Position numbers and translations under genes: made by a program
Shown: positions 7,949 to 10,305 of the stretch, one piece after another
Numbering within the stretch: position 1 is the first letter of the stretch
How the letters are laid out: every line of letters begins with the position of its first letter
Origin: Octopus sinensis
Lineage: Eukaryota
Length of the DNA stretch: 10,305 nt
Direction of reading: 5' to 3'
NCBI RefSeq assembly: GCF_006345805.1
Contig: NW_021827491.1
Coordinates: 1-10,305 of the forward strand
The notes under the pieces: model-generated
What the model saw: the letters and a program-made list of their open reading frames with translations, nothing else
Database searches by the model: none
What the model was told of the DNA's origin: nothing

Positions 7949-8578
7949 GCAGCTGTGGTTTGTCTAGAGCTAGCAGTCCACATTGTTCAAGATCTTCACC
8001 AGTTATGCGCTTTACAGTATTTTCAATGAGGATCAATGCTTGGTTATACATGGCAGAGGTAAACACTACGTGTGAGTATGTTTTTAATCTTAGTGTTGAT
8101 ACAGTATGTCTTCTATTATGCTCACCAATTAATTACACCAAAGTTACCGAGGACCAGATGGTGAACAGGTGGAGAAAATGATAGCGAAGAGGTTTCTCAT
8201 TTTGTTTCGAGAATTGCTTAGAAGAGGTTGCGAGAATGCAGCCTCTTCAAAGAAACTGTTCCGTTTTGCATCGTATTCCAAGAGGTATCTACTCTGGTAA
8301 GATTAGCAGCGTGTTGCACAGGCATATCAAACAACATTTTTGAGGTTCTGGAATAAGACTGGACCATACATAAATAGGTTATTAAAATACTTCCTTTAAA
8401 ATTCATATCTTCAAACAAAAAGTTAGTACGCGGTTTCAGATACCATGGAATGAATGATTTTTTCAGCGATTCACAATTAAATTTGAACGCATTAGTATCG
8501 TACTATGCTCACTTAAAATGCTCTTTCGGTATCAGTAACGATATCGGAAAACAATAAATACATGCCACACGAAATATA

Positions 8579-8790
8579 CGAGAGGTTGCTGAAAGGTTCT
8601 TGGCTTTGGGTAAAAGAAGATACATGAGGATCAGTTACGATTTGATTCAACATATTCTCCTCGGATTCACACACTTATTGCAGCGGTCCTTCAGTTTTTC
8701 TAGGCTCTGTAAAAGAACTCGGGAAATCGGGCCTCCAACCAGGCCTTTCGCGATACTCTTAAAGCCAAGAACTTTTCATCGCCCCACACA
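8579..8790 (-). mobile_element. Mariner-derived MITE with transposase C-terminal remnant
   Basis: TA|CGAGAGGTTGCTGAAAGGTTCTTGGCTTT left end. TIR core 8590-8607 vs 8761-8778, 17/18 inverted match. Minus-strand 8700-8646 translates EKLKDRCNKCVN-[frameshift]-GEYVE, resembling the mariner C-terminus (KL..RW.KCV...GDYVE). Confidence 0.8.
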
Positions 8791-8809
8791 CCCACGAACA
8801 GTATATATT

Positions 8810-9040
8810 TCTTTACTACCCACAAGGGGCTAAACACAGAGGGGACAAACAAGGACAGACAAACGGATTAAGTCGATTATATCGACCCCTATTGCGTAAC
8901 TGGTACTTAATTTATCGACCCCGAAAGGATGAAAGGCAAAGTCGACCTCGGTGGAATTTGAACTCAGAACGTAACGGCAGACGAAATACCGCTAAGCATT
9001 TCGCCCGGCGCGCTAACGTTTCTGCCAGCTCGCCGCCTTT
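8810..9040 (-). mobile_element. SINE group B, tail type 1, full length with TSD
   Basis: Near-identical reverse complement of 5844-6075. Perfect 17-bp flanking repeat CACGAACAGTATATATT (8793-8809 / 9041-9057); its last ~4 nt overlap the SINE 3' end. Confidence 0.93.
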
Positions 9041-9553
9041 CACGAACAGTATATATTGGAACACTGTCTTTATTAAAACAATTCCTATCATCAAAGCAAT
9101 TTCAAATACAGGTACAAAACCATGAGCCTGACACTGGAGGTCCGGAACCTTTTATAAACCATATTAATTTACAAACAGGAACTTCACATTCCCGTGGCCG
9201 CCAGACTAGTTTACTGGGAAGCCCTGTTTCGGATCTCTGCATGGTACAATGTTAATAAACCTGCTTTATTTATACTAATGTACAAACATCTGTATTTCAC
9301 TTATATTTTTAAGTAAATTTAATTTTTATTTAATTCAGAGGTGAGCACCATTTATTCGCAAAAGTCAATAATCAGGAAAGACTTTGGAATGAAATGTACC
9401 TGAAAATCGATGTTGCACCTGTACCATCGTTTTTCGTTCTACCTGCCGCCGAACAACTGTGTGGAACAACAAGCATCGTCAGAAGAAACATGTGTTTCCT
9501 GTTCATCTGTCGGTTTACAAGCTGCTGTAACTACAAGGATATGTTGTGCAGAA

Positions 9554-9584
9554 GCGCAGGCGTGGCTGTGTGGTAAGAAGCTTG
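9554..9584 (+). mobile_element. 31-bp stub of a group A-like SINE head
   Basis: GCGCAGGCGTGGCTGTGTGGTAAGAAGCTTG vs GCGCAGGAGTGGCTGTGTGGTAAGTAGCTTG (960-990), 29/31; followed directly by (TA)8. Confidence 0.8.
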
Positions 9585-9811
9585 TATATATATATATATA
9601 TTTAAGTAGATAAATGAATTATCTTATTACGGATAATTCGAAAGATAACCGATACCTGGGTAGCAAACTCACAACAGAAAGAACACGGTTGAAGCTACGA
9701 CCATAGGGCATATACTCCGTGCCTTAGTGTGGAAATCTGAAGTTTAATTTAATATAATAAGTATAGGAAAGAATGGAGCTGAGCGAAGATTTAACAAAAT
9801 TCCTTTATTTT

Positions 9812-9895
9812 ATTTTCGACATATGTTTCGAAGTCTGCAATATCCCTAATTCCGAATGAATAAGAGTCCATTATGCAGCTTTTCTTCATGAAAAT
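9812..9895 (-). ncRNA. Degenerate type I hammerhead ribozyme motif (left arm)
   Basis: Minus strand: stem I AUUUUC/GAAAAU (6 bp); core AUGAAGA (C3 to A vs CUGANGA); stem II AAG-CUGCA/UGCAG-A-CUU; GAAA; palindromic stem III AC-AUAU-GU; GUC cleavage triplet. Confidence 0.6.
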
Positions 9896-9932
9896 CCAGG
9901 AACTTCTTTCGCCAACAAAAGCACAACAGGAT

Positions 9933-10013
9933 TTTCCTGAAAGAAAGCTGCATAATGGACTCCTTATTCATTCGGAATTAGGAATTTATGCAGACTTCGA
10001 AACATTGTCGAAA
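9933..10013 (+). ncRNA. Degenerate type I hammerhead ribozyme motif (right arm)
   Basis: Stem I UUUC (9933-9936)/GAAA (10010-10013); core CUGAAAGA (9937-9944, one extra A); stem II AAG-CUGCAUAA/UUAUGCAG-A-CUU; GAAA (9999-10002); stem III AC-AUU-GU; GUC at 10007-10009. Confidence 0.6.
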
Positions 10014-10074
10014 TAAAATAAAGGAATTTTGTTAAATCTTCGCTCGCTCCATCATTCTTTCCTATACTTATTAT

Positions 10075-10140
10075 TATATATATATTATATATATATATAT
10101 ATCTATATATATATATATTATATATAATAGATTATATATG
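10075..10140. repeat. Imperfect (TA)n microsatellite
   Basis: About 65 nt of TA repeats with few interruptions. Confidence 0.9.
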
Positions 10141-10150
10141 AGATATATCC

Positions 10151-10305
10151 AGATGCTGCTACACATCGCTGGTCACAATGCGCTTTGCATTGTTTTAGCT
10201 TTCAAATGCGCCACTCCGCTGGCTAGGCGAGCAGGCCAACAGATGATATAGTGAAAGTTTGTGTCGAAAGAGTACAGCAGGATCGCCACCAACCCCCTGC
10301 CGGAG
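10151..10305 (-). mobile_element. SINE group C, tail type 3; head lies beyond window end
   Basis: GAAAGAGTACAGCAGGATCGCCACCAACCCCCTGCCGGAG matches the group C core. Tail on the minus strand ends CAAAGCGCATTGTGACCAGCGATGTGTAGCAGCATCT and is unlike tails 1 and 2. Confidence 0.8.

Larger units (their letters stand above)
9754..10074. mobile_element. Foldback element: ~145-bp inverted arms with a 31-bp spacer
   Basis: 9754-9897 is the reverse complement of 9929-10074 at roughly 90% identity by eye, with a few 1-3 nt indels. Spacer is 9898-9928; both ends abut TA-rich DNA. Confidence 0.92.

Noticed and set aside
8218-8418. Minus-strand ORF with RVDTSWNT, loosely like the hAT transposase DV.TRWNST motif
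   Set aside because: A single short fuzzy match with no other hAT motifs or TIRs.
8600-9125. ORFs 8600-8833, 8892-9125 and 8912-9094
   Set aside because: They lie within the mariner MITE and SINE B sequence.
9440-9500. CTGACGA on the minus strand (9476-9482) near GAAA motifs
   Set aside because: Stem II relies mostly on G-U pairs and is followed by GAAC rather than GAAA; no stems I or III.
9339-9613. About 80-codon open frame after an acceptor-like TTCAG, and overlapping ORFs
   Set aside because: No recognisable protein family; it runs into a SINE stub and TA repeat, with no supporting donor.

Overview
AT-rich eukaryotic DNA, apparently intronic or intergenic, with no convincing protein-coding gene. 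About a third of the window is tRNA-derived SINEs in three groups, labelled A, B and C here. From recalled knowledge these resemble Octopus (cephalopod) SINEs; the species is an inference. The window also holds a mariner-derived MITE, a probable Tc2/pogo-like relic, a probable non-autonomous Helitron-type relic, microsatellites and a compound minisatellite. Most ORFs in the track come from SINE or microsatellite sequence. The most notable structure is a ~320 bp foldback at 9754-10074. Each ~145 bp arm carries a degenerate minimal type I hammerhead-ribozyme motif of the Penelope/retrozyme kind, and the two motifs face away from each other on opposite strands. Also notable are SINEs that share one head/core but carry different 3' tails (two delimited by target-site duplications, TSDs), and a diverged tandem duplication at 1633-2134 whose units look like donor-intron-acceptor modules that could splice into a 49-aa hydrophobic ORF.
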